From: an uncultured Gammaproteobacteria bacterium
GTDB taxonomy: Bacteria; Patescibacteriota; Microgenomatia; Woykebacterales; RBG-16-39-9b
Assembly: GCA_965231125.1 (NCBI GenBank)
Contig: OZ246414.1
Location: 827,239-891,238, forward strand
Direction: 5' to 3'
DNA: 64,000 nucleotides
The notes beneath the pieces were generated by a model. That model was not told the origin of the DNA. It saw only the letters and a program-made list of their open reading frames with translations, and did not search any database. Shown in pieces: positions 16,569-26,607 of the stretch. Every line of letters starts with the position of its first letter. Position 1 is the stretch's first letter. A program made the translations under genes and the position numbers.

Positions 16569-17282
16569 TCATCTTTTAGTCAAAACCAGCCACACGAACC
16601 TTAGCAAAGATAAGTGTCGAGTGATACGCGAAGGTTCGCGCATTAATCTAAACAACCATTCCAAACCAGCCTTCCCCATCCAACTTGGAGCGCGCGGGAC
16701 GACTCCGGAAATAAAGTCGAACGATCCTCCCTCGGCAATTGAAAGCGGCACGCCAAGATCGTTTAGATGATCGGCGATCCATTTTTCCTGCTTGGGAAAA
16801 CCTAAAGCGACAAAAAGAATATCTGGTTTTGCCTGTCTAATCTTATTGACAACCGGCTCGTCCATACCAAAATATCCATTTTGAAAGCCGACCACTTTTA
16901 ATTTTGGAAACCTATCTCTTACTACCTTAACTAATCTTTCTAATACATTTTCTTTGGCTCCGAGAAAAAAGACCGAGTAACTCTGTCTTTGCGCCAAAGC
17001 CAAAACTTCCTCTGTCAGATCCGGCCCTCCAACCCTCTCCCTCAAAGGAGTATGTTTCAACCAAGACGCGACCATAAGACCCACCCCGTCCGGTGGAGCA
17101 AGGCTTGCGGAGTTTAAGATATCTTTAAACTCGCTATCTTTCTGCGCGTAAGTGGTAATTTCGGCATTAGGCTTTACCAAATATTTAGGACTACCCGTTC
17201 TCCCCTCCTCGACTAACTTTGTAACCTCAACCAAGGCTTCTTCGAAACTCAAATTATCAACTTTAACACCTAAAATTTCCAT
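16569..17282 (-). CDS. WecB/TagA/CpsF-family (GT26) glycosyltransferase
   Basis: VFFLGAKENVLERL...ILFVALGFPKQEKWI...GGSFDF...WLFRL is the conserved TagA/WecG pattern. Confidence 0.8.
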   Translation of the reverse strand: MEILGVKVDNLSFEEALVEVTKLVEEGRTGSPKYLVKPNAEITTYAQKDSEFKDILNSASLAPPDGVGLMVASWLKHTPLRERVGGPDLTEEVLALAQRQSYSVFFLGAKENVLERLVKVVRDRFPKLKVVGFQNGYFGMDEPVVNKIRQAKPDILFVALGFPKQEKWIADHLNDLGVPLSIAEGGSFDFISGVVPRAPSWMGKAGLEWLFRLMREPSRITRHLSLLRFVWLVLTKR

Positions 17283-17339
17283 CTTATCCCCAGTTTCTAA
17301 CCTATAACGTTAAGGACTGTCCTTGGAGTTATAGGATAA

Positions 17340-18446
17340 CTAGCTTTTATAGACTTTCTCAAAAACCTTAATTGTTTCCTGGGCGGTTTTTTCCCAAGAA
17401 AAATTTTTTGCCCATTCCAAACCGCCAGCAGAAAGTTTACGCCTTAAGTCGGCGTCTTTAGCAAGCTTCGCCAAATTATTAGCGATGTCATTTACGTCGT
17501 TTGGTTTGGCCAGCAGTGCGTTCCCCCCGGAAACCTCCGGCAAGCTACTTACATTCGAGGTAAGAACTGGAGCGCCAGCCGCCATTGCTTCCAGAACCGG
17601 CAAGCCAAAACCTTCGTAAAGTGAAGGTAAAACAAAGGCGGTTGCACCTGTGTAAAGAGCGGGTAAATCCCCCTCCGAAACAAATCCCAAAAATTTTACA
17701 CTGCCGGAAACACCAAACTTTTTAGGAGCGGCGTAAATTTCATCATGAAGCCAGCCGGCTTTCCCAACTAAAACTAAATCAAATCTTGGGTCGGAAAATT
17801 TCGCAAAAGCCCCGATTAGGTTAACCAGATTCTTTCTCGGCTGAATTGTACCCACGTATAAAAAATATTTTTTCTTCAAACCGTACCTCAGTTTAACAGC
17901 TTCAACTTCTTTCTCCTGCCTTGGATAGAAAAAGGAATGATCCACTCCTTCATGAACCACGCTTATTCTCTTCGGCGAGGTCTTAAAAGTTGTAGTAAGA
18001 TCTTTTTTTGTAGACTCTGATATAGCAATTATATGGGTCGCCAATCGAGAAACATACTCTGTAGACCAGTTTAAATAAATCTTTTGGGGGAACTTGTGAT
18101 AGGCTTCGAGAAATTTCGCACCTAAATCATGGACAGTAACAATTGTTTTCAACGACGGGCGCCGAAGTGCCGGAATTGTATGGGCCGGCACAAAAAGTAT
18201 GTCTGGCGGCCGAACTAGACATTCCAATGACAACCGCACTTGGGTCCAAAGATATGGCATAGGTATGTACCTAGTGCTAATGTTTTTGTAGCTAACTTCA
18301 AAAAAGCGGGGCAGTTTATTGAAATAAAGTGTGTACCGATTGGTCTTATCAATTTTTCCGATTGCTTCAATAAGTTTTAGCGTGTAGTTTTCTGTTCCCG
18401 ACCGCTCATCTAAAGCAATCCTAGAAGCATCAATTCCTATGTGCAT
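17340..18446 (-). CDS. Glycosyltransferase family 4
   Basis: PSLYEGFGLPVLEAMAAGAPVLTS motif. Confidence 0.8.
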   Translation of the reverse strand: MHIGIDASRIALDERSGTENYTLKLIEAIGKIDKTNRYTLYFNKLPRFFEVSYKNISTRYIPMPYLWTQVRLSLECLVRPPDILFVPAHTIPALRRPSLKTIVTVHDLGAKFLEAYHKFPQKIYLNWSTEYVSRLATHIIAISESTKKDLTTTFKTSPKRISVVHEGVDHSFFYPRQEKEVEAVKLRYGLKKKYFLYVGTIQPRKNLVNLIGAFAKFSDPRFDLVLVGKAGWLHDEIYAAPKKFGVSGSVKFLGFVSEGDLPALYTGATAFVLPSLYEGFGLPVLEAMAAGAPVLTSNVSSLPEVSGGNALLAKPNDVNDIANNLAKLAKDADLRRKLSAGGLEWAKNFSWEKTAQETIKVFEKVYKS

Positions 18447-18504
18447 AATTAACGTTTGATTATAGAACTTTTTAGCCTCGATTTATCGAGGCGCAAGCGA
18501 AGCA

Positions 18505-19509
18505 TTATCTCTTAATGATGCTTCGCTTATACAAATCTATATTCTCCAGCGCCATTCCGGTCCCAGTTACAACGCAAAGCAGAGCATCCTCGGCTACGTG
18601 ACAAGGCACGCCAGTGACTTCGGTAAAATATTTATCTAAGTTACGTAGTAGCGATGTCCCCCCACTCATTACTATACCCCGATCGATTATGTCACTGGCA
18701 AGCTCTGGTGGAGTTTGCTCCAAAACTCCTTTAACTGCCTCTAAAATTTGGTTAATCGTGCCTCTTATTGCTTCGGTAACTTCCCGAGACGAAAGTTCCA
18801 AAGTTTTTGGAAGTCCGCTGATACTGTCCCGACCCCTTACCTCCATGGTCGGATTGTCCTCCGACGGTGAAGCACTTGCAACTGTCAATTTTATATCCTC
18901 GGCGGTTCTTTCTCCGACGATTAAATTGAATTTTCTTCTAATGTATTGGATAATTGCCTCGTCAATTTTATTTCCGGCTACTCGGGCACTGCTGTGAACG
19001 ACAACCCCTCCTAAGGAAATCACCGCCGCCTCGGTTGACCCACCACCAATATCCACTATCATGTTTCCAGAGGCTGTCCCGATGGGAATTCGAGCCCCAA
19101 TTGCGGCTGCCAAAGGTTCATCAATCAAGTAAGCCGTGCGGGCACCCGCTGAAAGAGTCGCATCCAAAACCGCCCGGCGCTCTACGGAAGTGACACCAGC
19201 CGGCACACAAATCATCACCTCTGGCTTGAAAATTCTTGAGTGGCCACAAACTTTATCGATAAAATACCGCAGCATAACCTCGGTAATTACGTAATCGGCG
19301 ATTACGCCGTCTCTCATGGGGCGAGACGCCGTTATGCCCTCCGGGGTTCTTCCAAGCATGGCTTTTGCTTCGTTACCGACAGCTAAAACTTCTCCGTCGT
19401 CCTCGGAAACAGCCACTACAGTTGGCTCATTAAGAACAACACCTGAGCCTTCTAAGTAAACGAGTGAATTTGCAGTTCCTAAATCTATACCTATTCTTTT
19501 TGAAAACAT
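18505..19509 (-). CDS. mreB: Rod-shape-determining actin homologue MreB
   Basis: IGIDLGTANSLVY N-terminal phosphate-1 motif, DIGGGSTE phosphate-2 motif, and actin-fold length. Confidence 0.9.
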   Translation of the reverse strand: MFSKRIGIDLGTANSLVYLEGSGVVLNEPTVVAVSEDDGEVLAVGNEAKAMLGRTPEGITASRPMRDGVIADYVITEVMLRYFIDKVCGHSRIFKPEVMICVPAGVTSVERRAVLDATLSAGARTAYLIDEPLAAAIGARIPIGTASGNMIVDIGGGSTEAAVISLGGVVVHSSARVAGNKIDEAIIQYIRRKFNLIVGERTAEDIKLTVASASPSEDNPTMEVRGRDSISGLPKTLELSSREVTEAIRGTINQILEAVKGVLEQTPPELASDIIDRGIVMSGGTSLLRNLDKYFTEVTGVPCHVAEDALLCVVTGTGMALENIDLYKRSIIKR

Positions 19510-19653
19510 AGTTTTTGGAATGGGCGTAAGACTAACTCATTATATTGGTGGAACTCCAACTTGACAAGAGGCTTTTTCGTCAGCTAGTTCAAATATTACT
19601 TAAATATATCAATCTGTTTAATCTAAAATGGCGGTATTGAAAATTTTTTTTCT

Positions 19654-20784
19654 GTGATAGAATTACTCTCTATGAAAAGGCTAGTCTTCTTTTTCGGGGC
19701 AGTTGCGTTCGTAGTGGTGTTAACTCTCTTGTTAGTATTTTACGGACGCGGTTACAGACTGAATCTTAGTAGCAGGAGGATCGCCGGCACAGGCATTATT
19801 GCCATAACTTCTACTCCGTCTGACGCTTCCGTCTACCTAGATGGGCAATTTAAAAACTCGACAAATACAAACATCGAAAATTTAACCCCCGGTAAATACG
19901 ATCTGCGGATAACTAAGGACGGTTTCAGTAGTTGGGAAAAGCAAATCTCAGTGACCAAGGAAAAGGTAACCCCAGTAAATGTGCTACTTTTCCCTTTAGC
20001 GCCTAGTTTATCAGCCCTGACGTACACGGGAGTATCTTCGCCAAAAATTTCTCCAGACGGCCAAAAAATTGCATACCATGTGCAAGGCGACAGTACCTCC
20101 GGTTTGTGGACTCTAGATTTAGGTCAACGCTCGTTTATATTTTCTAAGTCTACCAAGCAAATTGCCCAGGATAGTAGTGACTTTATTTTTTCAAAATCTG
20201 CTTTTACTTGGTCCCCCGACAGCAAATCAATACTTACATCGGCCAAAGATTCTTCTGGCAAATTAAGAAACTATCTGCTAGATACCTCAAAGCTAAATGA
20301 AAATTTTGTTGATATTTCCGGAACGTCCGCCACACTAAAAGAGGGGTGGGACAGCCAAGTTAAATCTAGCGAAGAAGAGAAACTTCGCCGTCTTGGAATC
20401 AAAGCCCAGGCTCTTGCGAAAGGTGCCGACCAAATTATTTTTTCTCCAGACAATCACGCAGTTATTATTGTAAAGAACGGGAAAAGCCCCGTAGTTTACG
20501 ATGCTAGACCTTCGCTAGATCCGACAATGAAACCGAAAGTTTTTGAAATACCGGCAGCGGCCAGTTACATCTGGTACCCATCTAACAACGATATCATTCT
20601 AGTTAAAAAACACTCAATAAGTATTGTTGATCTTGGCGGGACGAATGACACCACGATTTATACTGGGGATTTTGAAGAAGACGCTGTTTTCCCTTGGCCA
20701 GACGGGTCCAAGCTAGTAATAGCCAGTGCACTAAACACAACCGCAAACAAAAAACCTAACCTCTACTCGATTTCCCTTCGTTAG
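19654..20784 (+). CDS. Membrane-anchored PEGA-domain protein with a TolB-like beta-propeller.
   Basis: N-terminal TM, PEGA-like segment (SVYLDGQ...LTPGKYDLRITKDGF), and repeated SPDG/WSPD propeller blades. Confidence 0.6.
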   Translation: MIELLSMKRLVFFFGAVAFVVVLTLLLVFYGRGYRLNLSSRRIAGTGIIAITSTPSDASVYLDGQFKNSTNTNIENLTPGKYDLRITKDGFSSWEKQISVTKEKVTPVNVLLFPLAPSLSALTYTGVSSPKISPDGQKIAYHVQGDSTSGLWTLDLGQRSFIFSKSTKQIAQDSSDFIFSKSAFTWSPDSKSILTSAKDSSGKLRNYLLDTSKLNENFVDISGTSATLKEGWDSQVKSSEEEKLRRLGIKAQALAKGADQIIFSPDNHAVIIVKNGKSPVVYDARPSLDPTMKPKVFEIPAAASYIWYPSNNDIILVKKHSISIVDLGGTNDTTIYTGDFEEDAVFPWPDGSKLVIASALNTTANKKPNLYSISLR

Positions 20785-20792
20785 TTGACCAA

Positions 20793-21485
20793 TCACGACC
20801 CGACCAACCTTGCTGTAACAATCAATCTCCGCAAACTCGAGCCGGGTGGATCGCAGGTTTGCAAAGTGACTATCGGATCCTTTGAGGGCTGGGTAATGTA
20901 GCGAGTATCGGTTGCCTCAACCACTTTCTTATCAAAAACAATGTAATCATAACGTTTCCCTTTGTAATAAAGTATAACTCTATCCCCAACTGCCAATTTC
21001 CTTAGTAAATAAAAAACACTGTTGTACATTCGCGCTTGAATCGGATTTACTGCCGAATGAGCAAAAAGGAAGACATTGTTGTTTGCCGCTTTTGTCGAAC
21101 CAGGAAACGCGGTCCCTTTGGCATGAGCAACCCCGGATCGTAAAGCGTTGATGTAATCGGCGTAGTTAAAGCTGTCAACGTTTGGAACTACTGGCGAGTT
21201 TACATCAATCTTGGGAATTACAATTCCAAAATTAGTATCTTTAGGTTTGATTGTAACAACCTTTGGCTCGATGAATGGGGCTAAAACACTTTTTTCCCTT
21301 TGGGAAGCTTGGGCTTCACCAGGAACAACGTAAGTCACTCCGGTGATATGATCCCACCAATAACGAATTTCCAGGCTAACGAACGGCCAAAAGCTAAGAA
21401 ACGCAAACATAACTCCCAAAATTATCAGAGAGTTTGCAATTGTTCTTATTAAAATAAAAAGCCAAAACCTATTTCTTTTTTGCAT
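20793..21485 (-). CDS. Sortase-family transpeptidase. Start trimmed to the second Met to avoid overlapping tRNA-Arg.
   Basis: TLQTCDP active-site Cys motif, upstream His (LFAHS), downstream Arg (VTARLV), N-terminal TM. Confidence 0.8.
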   Translation of the reverse strand: MQKRNRFWLFILIRTIANSLIILGVMFAFLSFWPFVSLEIRYWWDHITGVTYVVPGEAQASQREKSVLAPFIEPKVVTIKPKDTNFGIVIPKIDVNSPVVPNVDSFNYADYINALRSGVAHAKGTAFPGSTKAANNNVFLFAHSAVNPIQARMYNSVFYLLRKLAVGDRVILYYKGKRYDYIVFDKKVVEATDTRYITQPSKDPIVTLQTCDPPGSSLRRLIVTARLVGS

Positions 21486-21506
21486 AACGATAGCGAAAGG
21501 GTCACT

Positions 21507-21582
21507 TGGCGCCCCTGGAGGGAGTCGAACCCCCAATCTTTCCCTTAGGACGGGACTGCTTTATCCATTAAGCCACAGGGGC
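21507..21582 (-). tRNA. tRNA-Arg (CCT), probable
   Basis: Acceptor GCCCCTG/CAGGGGC is perfect. T-arm GGTTCGACTCC. Anticodon loop GUCCUAA. CCA is encoded. Confidence 0.6.
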
Positions 21583-21712
21583 ACTAATCTTAAGAATCTT
21601 TTAATGTTTGGATTCTAACAAATATGTAGGTGCATTTCAATTTCTGACAAACCCATTACCATTTTAGAGACTACCAGTATATAACCGAGAGGTTTGTGTT
21701 ATACTAAGCTAA

Positions 21713-22105
21713 ATGCACAAAACTCACATAAAAGGACTTTTAGGCGAATTAGAATTCTCCTTGTATCTAATTCAAAAGGGTTGGTCCGTATTAAAACCAA
21801 CCAATCAAAATTCAAGGTATGATGTTGTTTTGGAAAAAGATGGTAAGTTTAAAAGACTTCAAATAAAATATTGTACACCAAACAATGGCGTAATAAGACT
21901 TGAGCTTGACAGGCCAAAAAGAAAAACTAGGCCATACGGAAGTAGTGAAATTGATTATATAGCTGCTTATAATTCTAGAGACCATAAGTTTTATTTAATA
22001 CCAATAAGCCACTTTAGAAAGCAAAAAGAAATTTGGCTAAGGATTGATAAACCCAGGAACGGTCAAAACAAAAATATAAGATTTGCCAGTGACTATGAAA
22101 TTTAA
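21713..22105 (+). CDS. Putative PD-(D/E)XK-fold nuclease-like protein (130 aa).
   Basis: GxxGE...D(YDVVL)...(RLQIK) arrangement, reminiscent of restriction-endonuclease-like / YraN-like folds. This is a weak, motif-only call. Confidence 0.3.
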   Translation: MHKTHIKGLLGELEFSLYLIQKGWSVLKPTNQNSRYDVVLEKDGKFKRLQIKYCTPNNGVIRLELDRPKRKTRPYGSSEIDYIAAYNSRDHKFYLIPISHFRKQKEIWLRIDKPRNGQNKNIRFASDYEI

Positions 22106-22182
22106 CGGGGAGTGGCGCAGCTTGGTAGCGCGCGTCGTTCGGGACGACGAGGCCGGAGGTTCAAATCCTCTCTCCCCGACCA
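22106..22182 (+). tRNA. tRNA-Pro (CGG)
   Basis: Acceptor CGGGGAG/CTCCCCG. Anticodon loop UUCGGGA. T-arm GGTTCAAATCC. CCA encoded. Confidence 0.8.
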
Positions 22183-22221
22183 AGTTGACACTAAGACATC
22201 CTAACAACTATCATTTAACTA

Positions 22222-22752
22222 ATGATCCCGCCAATTAAAACTCGAAGTTCTCTAAAAACCCTTGGCGGGCGTTTCGCCAAGTCCCCTGGTTTTACCCTTG
22301 TTGAACTTTTAGTTGTGATTTCAATTATTTCTGTTTTAGCAACTCTCGCTTTTGTTAACTATAGAACCGCCCAAAGAAATTCGCGAGACCAAAAAAGAAT
22401 TCAAGAGTTAGATGGAGTTAAAGGCTCTCTTGAACTCTATTTTCAAAATAATCAATCTTATCCAAACTCAGATGCAGCCGGAAACATGGCTTGTGGATCA
22501 CCAATTGTTTCTCTGAATTGGGGGTCCAGCCCGTTTAGCTGCTCCTCATCCGGGCCAGTTTATATGAGAGTGCTACCCTATGATACGAATGTGCAATATT
22601 GCTACGTATCGGCAGTAGCACCAACACCTGCAACTTCCTTTTCACTCTATGCTTTCATGGAAAACCCCAAAAATGTCAATCGCACTTTAGATGTAGCTGC
22701 CGGCTGTCCTGGAGGGGTTGAGTACAACTATTTACTAGAAAACGAAAAGTGA
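22222..22752 (+). CDS. Type IV pilin/pseudopilin (prepilin-type N-terminal methylation domain)
   Basis: GFTLVELLVVISIISVLATLAF class III signal peptide. Confidence 0.8.
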   Translation: MIPPIKTRSSLKTLGGRFAKSPGFTLVELLVVISIISVLATLAFVNYRTAQRNSRDQKRIQELDGVKGSLELYFQNNQSYPNSDAAGNMACGSPIVSLNWGSSPFSCSSSGPVYMRVLPYDTNVQYCYVSAVAPTPATSFSLYAFMENPKNVNRTLDVAAGCPGGVEYNYLLENEK

Positions 22753-22783
22753 CAGACGGCCTCAATTTAGAAGGCTTTTAAAT

Positions 22784-23344
22784 TTGACAAAGACGGCCGT
22801 TACAAATATATTTAAAGCAATGTCCATTCCAACTAGGCATTACGTAAAACGCGGTTTTACGCTCATTGAACTTCTAATTGTTGTGGCGATTATTTCGATT
22901 CTTATATCGATTGGGGCAACTTCCTACCTTAGAGCGCAGAAAAATGGTCGGGATGGCCAAAGGAAATCTGACCTGGGTATAGTAGCCTCTGGTCTCGAAC
23001 AGTATTATGCCGACAATAATAAATATCCGCAGAGTGGCACTGGTGCTGATGCTGGAAAAATATTTTGCGATGGGGCTGCCTTGAATTGGGATGGAACAAC
23101 AGCGTTTGCTTGTTCATCAAGAACTTACCTTAGCAAGCTTCCCCAGGATCTACTGGCTCCGGCTCAAAATTACTACTACCTCGCCTTGAATTCGTCGGGT
23201 GCTGCTGGTTGTGATAATACATCACCAGGCAATAGTTGTCAGCGGTTTATACTATCAACAAATTTGGAAAATAATAATGACGACAGTAGAAATGCTGGTT
23301 GTAACAGTTCTAATGCGACTGACGATTACTGCCTCTACCCATAA
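22784..23344 (+). CDS. Type IV pilin/pseudopilin, second copy
   Basis: RGFTLIELLIVVAIISILISIGATSY class III signal peptide. Confidence 0.8.
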   Translation: MTKTAVTNIFKAMSIPTRHYVKRGFTLIELLIVVAIISILISIGATSYLRAQKNGRDGQRKSDLGIVASGLEQYYADNNKYPQSGTGADAGKIFCDGAALNWDGTTAFACSSRTYLSKLPQDLLAPAQNYYYLALNSSGAAGCDNTSPGNSCQRFILSTNLENNNDDSRNAGCNSSNATDDYCLYP

Positions 23345-23352
23345 AGTGTGGG

Positions 23353-23988
23353 TTAATACTCGTAAATCTCACCCTCACTAAACCATAAAGTTTCTTCGAA
23401 CTTTGCCTCTTCTTCCGAACCAGAAACGTGGATTAGATTTTCAACTCCTCTTCTTTCAACATTGGCGTAAGCTGCCGAATCGGTCGAAAAATCCCCTCTT
23501 ATCGTTCCCGGGGCGGCTTGCACTGGCATTGTCGGTCCGGCTAGAGAAGTTACGTTTTCAACGGCGTGGCGGCCTTCCAAAAGCATTGCAACCACCGGCC
23601 CACCACCGACATAATGCAGGAGCCAGCTGACGACTAGTCTGCCAAGTTCTTTTGGGTCGCTCGTTCCAAAATCGGCCTTTGCGTCTTTACCAAACTCGGC
23701 ATAAGTTTTGAGGGTTTTATTACCAAGTCTGTCCAAAGTTTCTTCCTTATCAACTTTATAATGCTTCTTAAGAAGCTCTTCGTCCGGCCACACCATTTTC
23801 ATGGCAACAATTTTTAAACCCACGCGCTCAAACCGGTGAATAATTTCACCGGCCACTCCTCTTTTTACTGCATCTGGTTTTAATAAAACAACGGTTCTTT
23901 CCAAGATTAAGCTAATAGTTGTAGCGCCAGCGAAAACTATGCTTAAGCGCAGTACGCGCAGTAGCTGATCTTCGGTAGAAGATATCAA
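23353..23988 (-). CDS. ndk: Nucleoside-diphosphate kinase, with an internal insertion
   Basis: ERTVVLLKPDAV...NLIHVSGS (active-site His region). Confidence 0.75.
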   Translation of the reverse strand: MISSTEDQLLRVLRLSIVFAGATTISLILERTVVLLKPDAVKRGVAGEIIHRFERVGLKIVAMKMVWPDEELLKKHYKVDKEETLDRLGNKTLKTYAEFGKDAKADFGTSDPKELGRLVVSWLLHYVGGGPVVAMLLEGRHAVENVTSLAGPTMPVQAAPGTIRGDFSTDSAAYANVERRGVENLIHVSGSEEEAKFEETLWFSEGEIYEY

Positions 23989-24028
23989 CTACGAGCGGAC
24001 TATAAACTATCCTTCTTTAAAATTGCTT

Positions 24029-25297
24029 CTAAAATCTCAAAATTTTCTCAAACTTCTCTTCACTCTTAAACGGACCGACTATCGCCAGGTTCAAACCTTG
24101 ATTCACAAAGATATCTTTTGCTACCTTTTGAATATCTTGTGCGGTTACCTTTTCGATATTTTTTATTATCTGCTCTGGTGTGCGAATCTTCTCTTCAAGC
24201 AGTTCTTGCAACCCAAACAAATTTGATACTTCTCGTGAATCTTCCAGCTCCAAAACAAACTTACCCTTTAAATAATCTTTAGCCTTTTTCAATTCTACTT
24301 CAGAAACTATCTCATCTGCAAGTTTCTTATATTCAGCGAGGATGACTTTAACTGCTTCTTCAATATTTTTAGGCTCAACGCCGGCTTGGGCTGCGAGTGA
24401 CCCGGCATCGTGATATTCCTCAGTGCCGCTGCGGACGTAATAAGCCAACCCGCGCCGCTCCCGCAATTGAATAAAAAGCCGGCTGCTCATGGACGATCCA
24501 AGGATTGTATTTAAAACTCCAAGTTTATAGCGATTTGGATGGCCGATTGGATAGGATCGGACTCCAAGACAAAGATGGGCCTGTTCGCTATCTTTATAAA
24601 AGATTTTTACACCGGGTGCTTTTTGCTGAACCTTAACTTTATCAAACCCTTTTGTTTTCTTTTCCTTAAGTTCACCGAGAAACTTTCCGACAAGATCCTT
24701 TGACTTTTCCGCCGAGGCTCCACCGGAGATGGTAACCACCATATTCCCCGGTTTGTAAAAATCTTCAATGTATTGAAAAAAATCTTCCCGTTGAATATTT
24801 TTGAGCGATTCAATAGTGCCAACTGTATCCCAACCCAAAGGTTGGTCTCCATACAATAGCGAATCATAAACTTCCGGAACATAACGCATCGGCGTGTCCA
24901 AATACATACGCAATTCTTCGATAATTACATTCACCTCCCTATCAATCTCCTCTTGGGAAAATAAGGAATTCAGAAGCATATCGGAAACAACATCCAAACA
25001 AAGTTCCAGATGGTCTTTGGCGGCTTTAATGTAATAACCAGTGAATTCTTTAGAGGTGAAGGCGTTGAATTCTCCACCGATTCCATCTATCAAAGAGGAG
25101 ATTTCTAATGCACTGGGTCTCCTTTGCGTGCCTTTAAAAAACATGTGTTCGGCAAAATGCGCAACGCCATTTTTCTCTTTGGTTTCGTAACGAGAGCCGG
25201 ATTTTACCAGCACCATAACAGTAACGGATTCCACCCCTGACATGTGAGTCGAAACAATCCTTAAGTTATTTTTTAGTTTTATTAGTTCTGGTTTCAT
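24029..25297 (-). CDS. Peptidase M16 (insulinase-like) zinc protease
   Basis: Inverted zinc motif HFAEHMFFKGT (HxxEH). Confidence 0.8.
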   Translation of the reverse strand: MKPELIKLKNNLRIVSTHMSGVESVTVMVLVKSGSRYETKEKNGVAHFAEHMFFKGTQRRPSALEISSLIDGIGGEFNAFTSKEFTGYYIKAAKDHLELCLDVVSDMLLNSLFSQEEIDREVNVIIEELRMYLDTPMRYVPEVYDSLLYGDQPLGWDTVGTIESLKNIQREDFFQYIEDFYKPGNMVVTISGGASAEKSKDLVGKFLGELKEKKTKGFDKVKVQQKAPGVKIFYKDSEQAHLCLGVRSYPIGHPNRYKLGVLNTILGSSMSSRLFIQLRERRGLAYYVRSGTEEYHDAGSLAAQAGVEPKNIEEAVKVILAEYKKLADEIVSEVELKKAKDYLKGKFVLELEDSREVSNLFGLQELLEEKIRTPEQIIKNIEKVTAQDIQKVAKDIFVNQGLNLAIVGPFKSEEKFEKILRF

Positions 25298-25408
25298 GAT
25301 AAGGACTCGTGCTGAGCTTGTCGAAGCATTGTAGCAGAAAGGAAAAGATATGAAAAGAGGCGTAAAAACTTTTAGTTTTTACGCCCCTGCGAATTCTGAC
25401 CTCTCTAC

Positions 25409-26590
25409 CTAATTGTAGCTAACTTTCGCTTGAGCGAAAGCGTTGCTAATCTCAATGGCCATAGTAGTGACGTCCGCACAAACGCTGTAGCGGATGTACG
25501 ACCCGAAAGGAACACCCACCACCCCGGCTTTCTCAATCATGACAGAGTTGAAAGCCTCTCCGCCGGGCGTCTCTTGACCAAAGGCCCAATTCGGGGAAAG
25601 CGAAAGAGTGAAGAACCCGGCCTGTGGCAGGACTGCGAGCTGTAAGCCTGCTCCTTCCAGAAGACTAACAAGCAGGTTCACTCTAAAATTGTAGATCCTC
25701 AGACACTCGGCGACCCCTGCTTGATCATGTTCCATAGCATAAAGCGCGCCGACTGCCTGTGGGGCAGTGAAGCCACTGTCGGTATTTCCTTTCACTCGTG
25801 ACAGATCTGCAATGAAATCTGGTGAGCCGACCATAGCACCGACACGCCAACCGGTACCGTTGGCGATTGATTTCGAAGCAGAGACGCCCTCCATCCAGGA
25901 AAGTCTTGGAAACCCCGGTGCGACATGGGCAAGCGCTGTTCCAGTTTGGTAATGGAGAGCGAGATACGCCGCATCGTTGAAGAGACGGATACCCCTCTCC
26001 TCGCAGAAGGCACAGATCTTCCGCCAACCTTCTGAAGTCATAACCTGACCGGTTGGGTTGTGCGGGTAGTTGAGCATTAAGAGCTTTACGTCCGGATCGA
26101 TGTCGGCGACGTCAACCACGAACTGGTTTTCCATGTTCAACGGCAGCTCCTGAATCGGAAGGTGCAGATCCATGCACTGATCCAGTGGCGTCGGATAACC
26201 CGGGTTTGTCATCGTAGCAACCTTGATTGGGTGATCCACCGCCCCACAGGCTTTAGGTATCAACCCAAGCATAGGTTTGATACCCGGAATAGGTAGAAAA
26301 TCTACATCCTCACCTTCGAGAGAAGATAGAAGATGGGCCTCCACGAAACGACGGGCGAAATCTGGGCAACCAGGACTTCCATTGTCCTGATACTCGTGCA
26401 CCGCCATTTCTCGACTGTATATAGCTTCGGCCGCTGCCGCACGAGCGCTTGCTAAGGCAGGGCCTTGTGGTTGGCCTATCGCCATGTCAATGACTTGCAT
26501 CCCCGACTTTTCGGCTTCCAACCGCCGCCGTTTGATACGCTGGAAAAGATTCTCTCCACCTTCTGGAAGCCAAGATTTCAAAGTGGTCAT
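25409..26590 (-). CDS. Class I/II PLP aminotransferase, LL-diaminopimelate-aminotransferase-like. GC-rich.
   Basis: NYPHNPTG, and SASKSIANGTGWRVGAM around the PLP-Lys. GC is clearly above background. Confidence 0.55.
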   Translation of the reverse strand: MTTLKSWLPEGGENLFQRIKRRRLEAEKSGMQVIDMAIGQPQGPALASARAAAAEAIYSREMAVHEYQDNGSPGCPDFARRFVEAHLLSSLEGEDVDFLPIPGIKPMLGLIPKACGAVDHPIKVATMTNPGYPTPLDQCMDLHLPIQELPLNMENQFVVDVADIDPDVKLLMLNYPHNPTGQVMTSEGWRKICAFCEERGIRLFNDAAYLALHYQTGTALAHVAPGFPRLSWMEGVSASKSIANGTGWRVGAMVGSPDFIADLSRVKGNTDSGFTAPQAVGALYAMEHDQAGVAECLRIYNFRVNLLVSLLEGAGLQLAVLPQAGFFTLSLSPNWAFGQETPGGEAFNSVMIEKAGVVGVPFGSYIRYSVCADVTTMAIEISNAFAQAKVSYN

Positions 26591-26607
26591 GTCTCTACTA
26601 CCTCCTT

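Noticed and set aside
16549-16770. 73-aa + ORF overlapping the 3' end of the wecB-like gene
   Set aside because: It is the antisense of a well-supported glycosyltransferase. It has no RBS.
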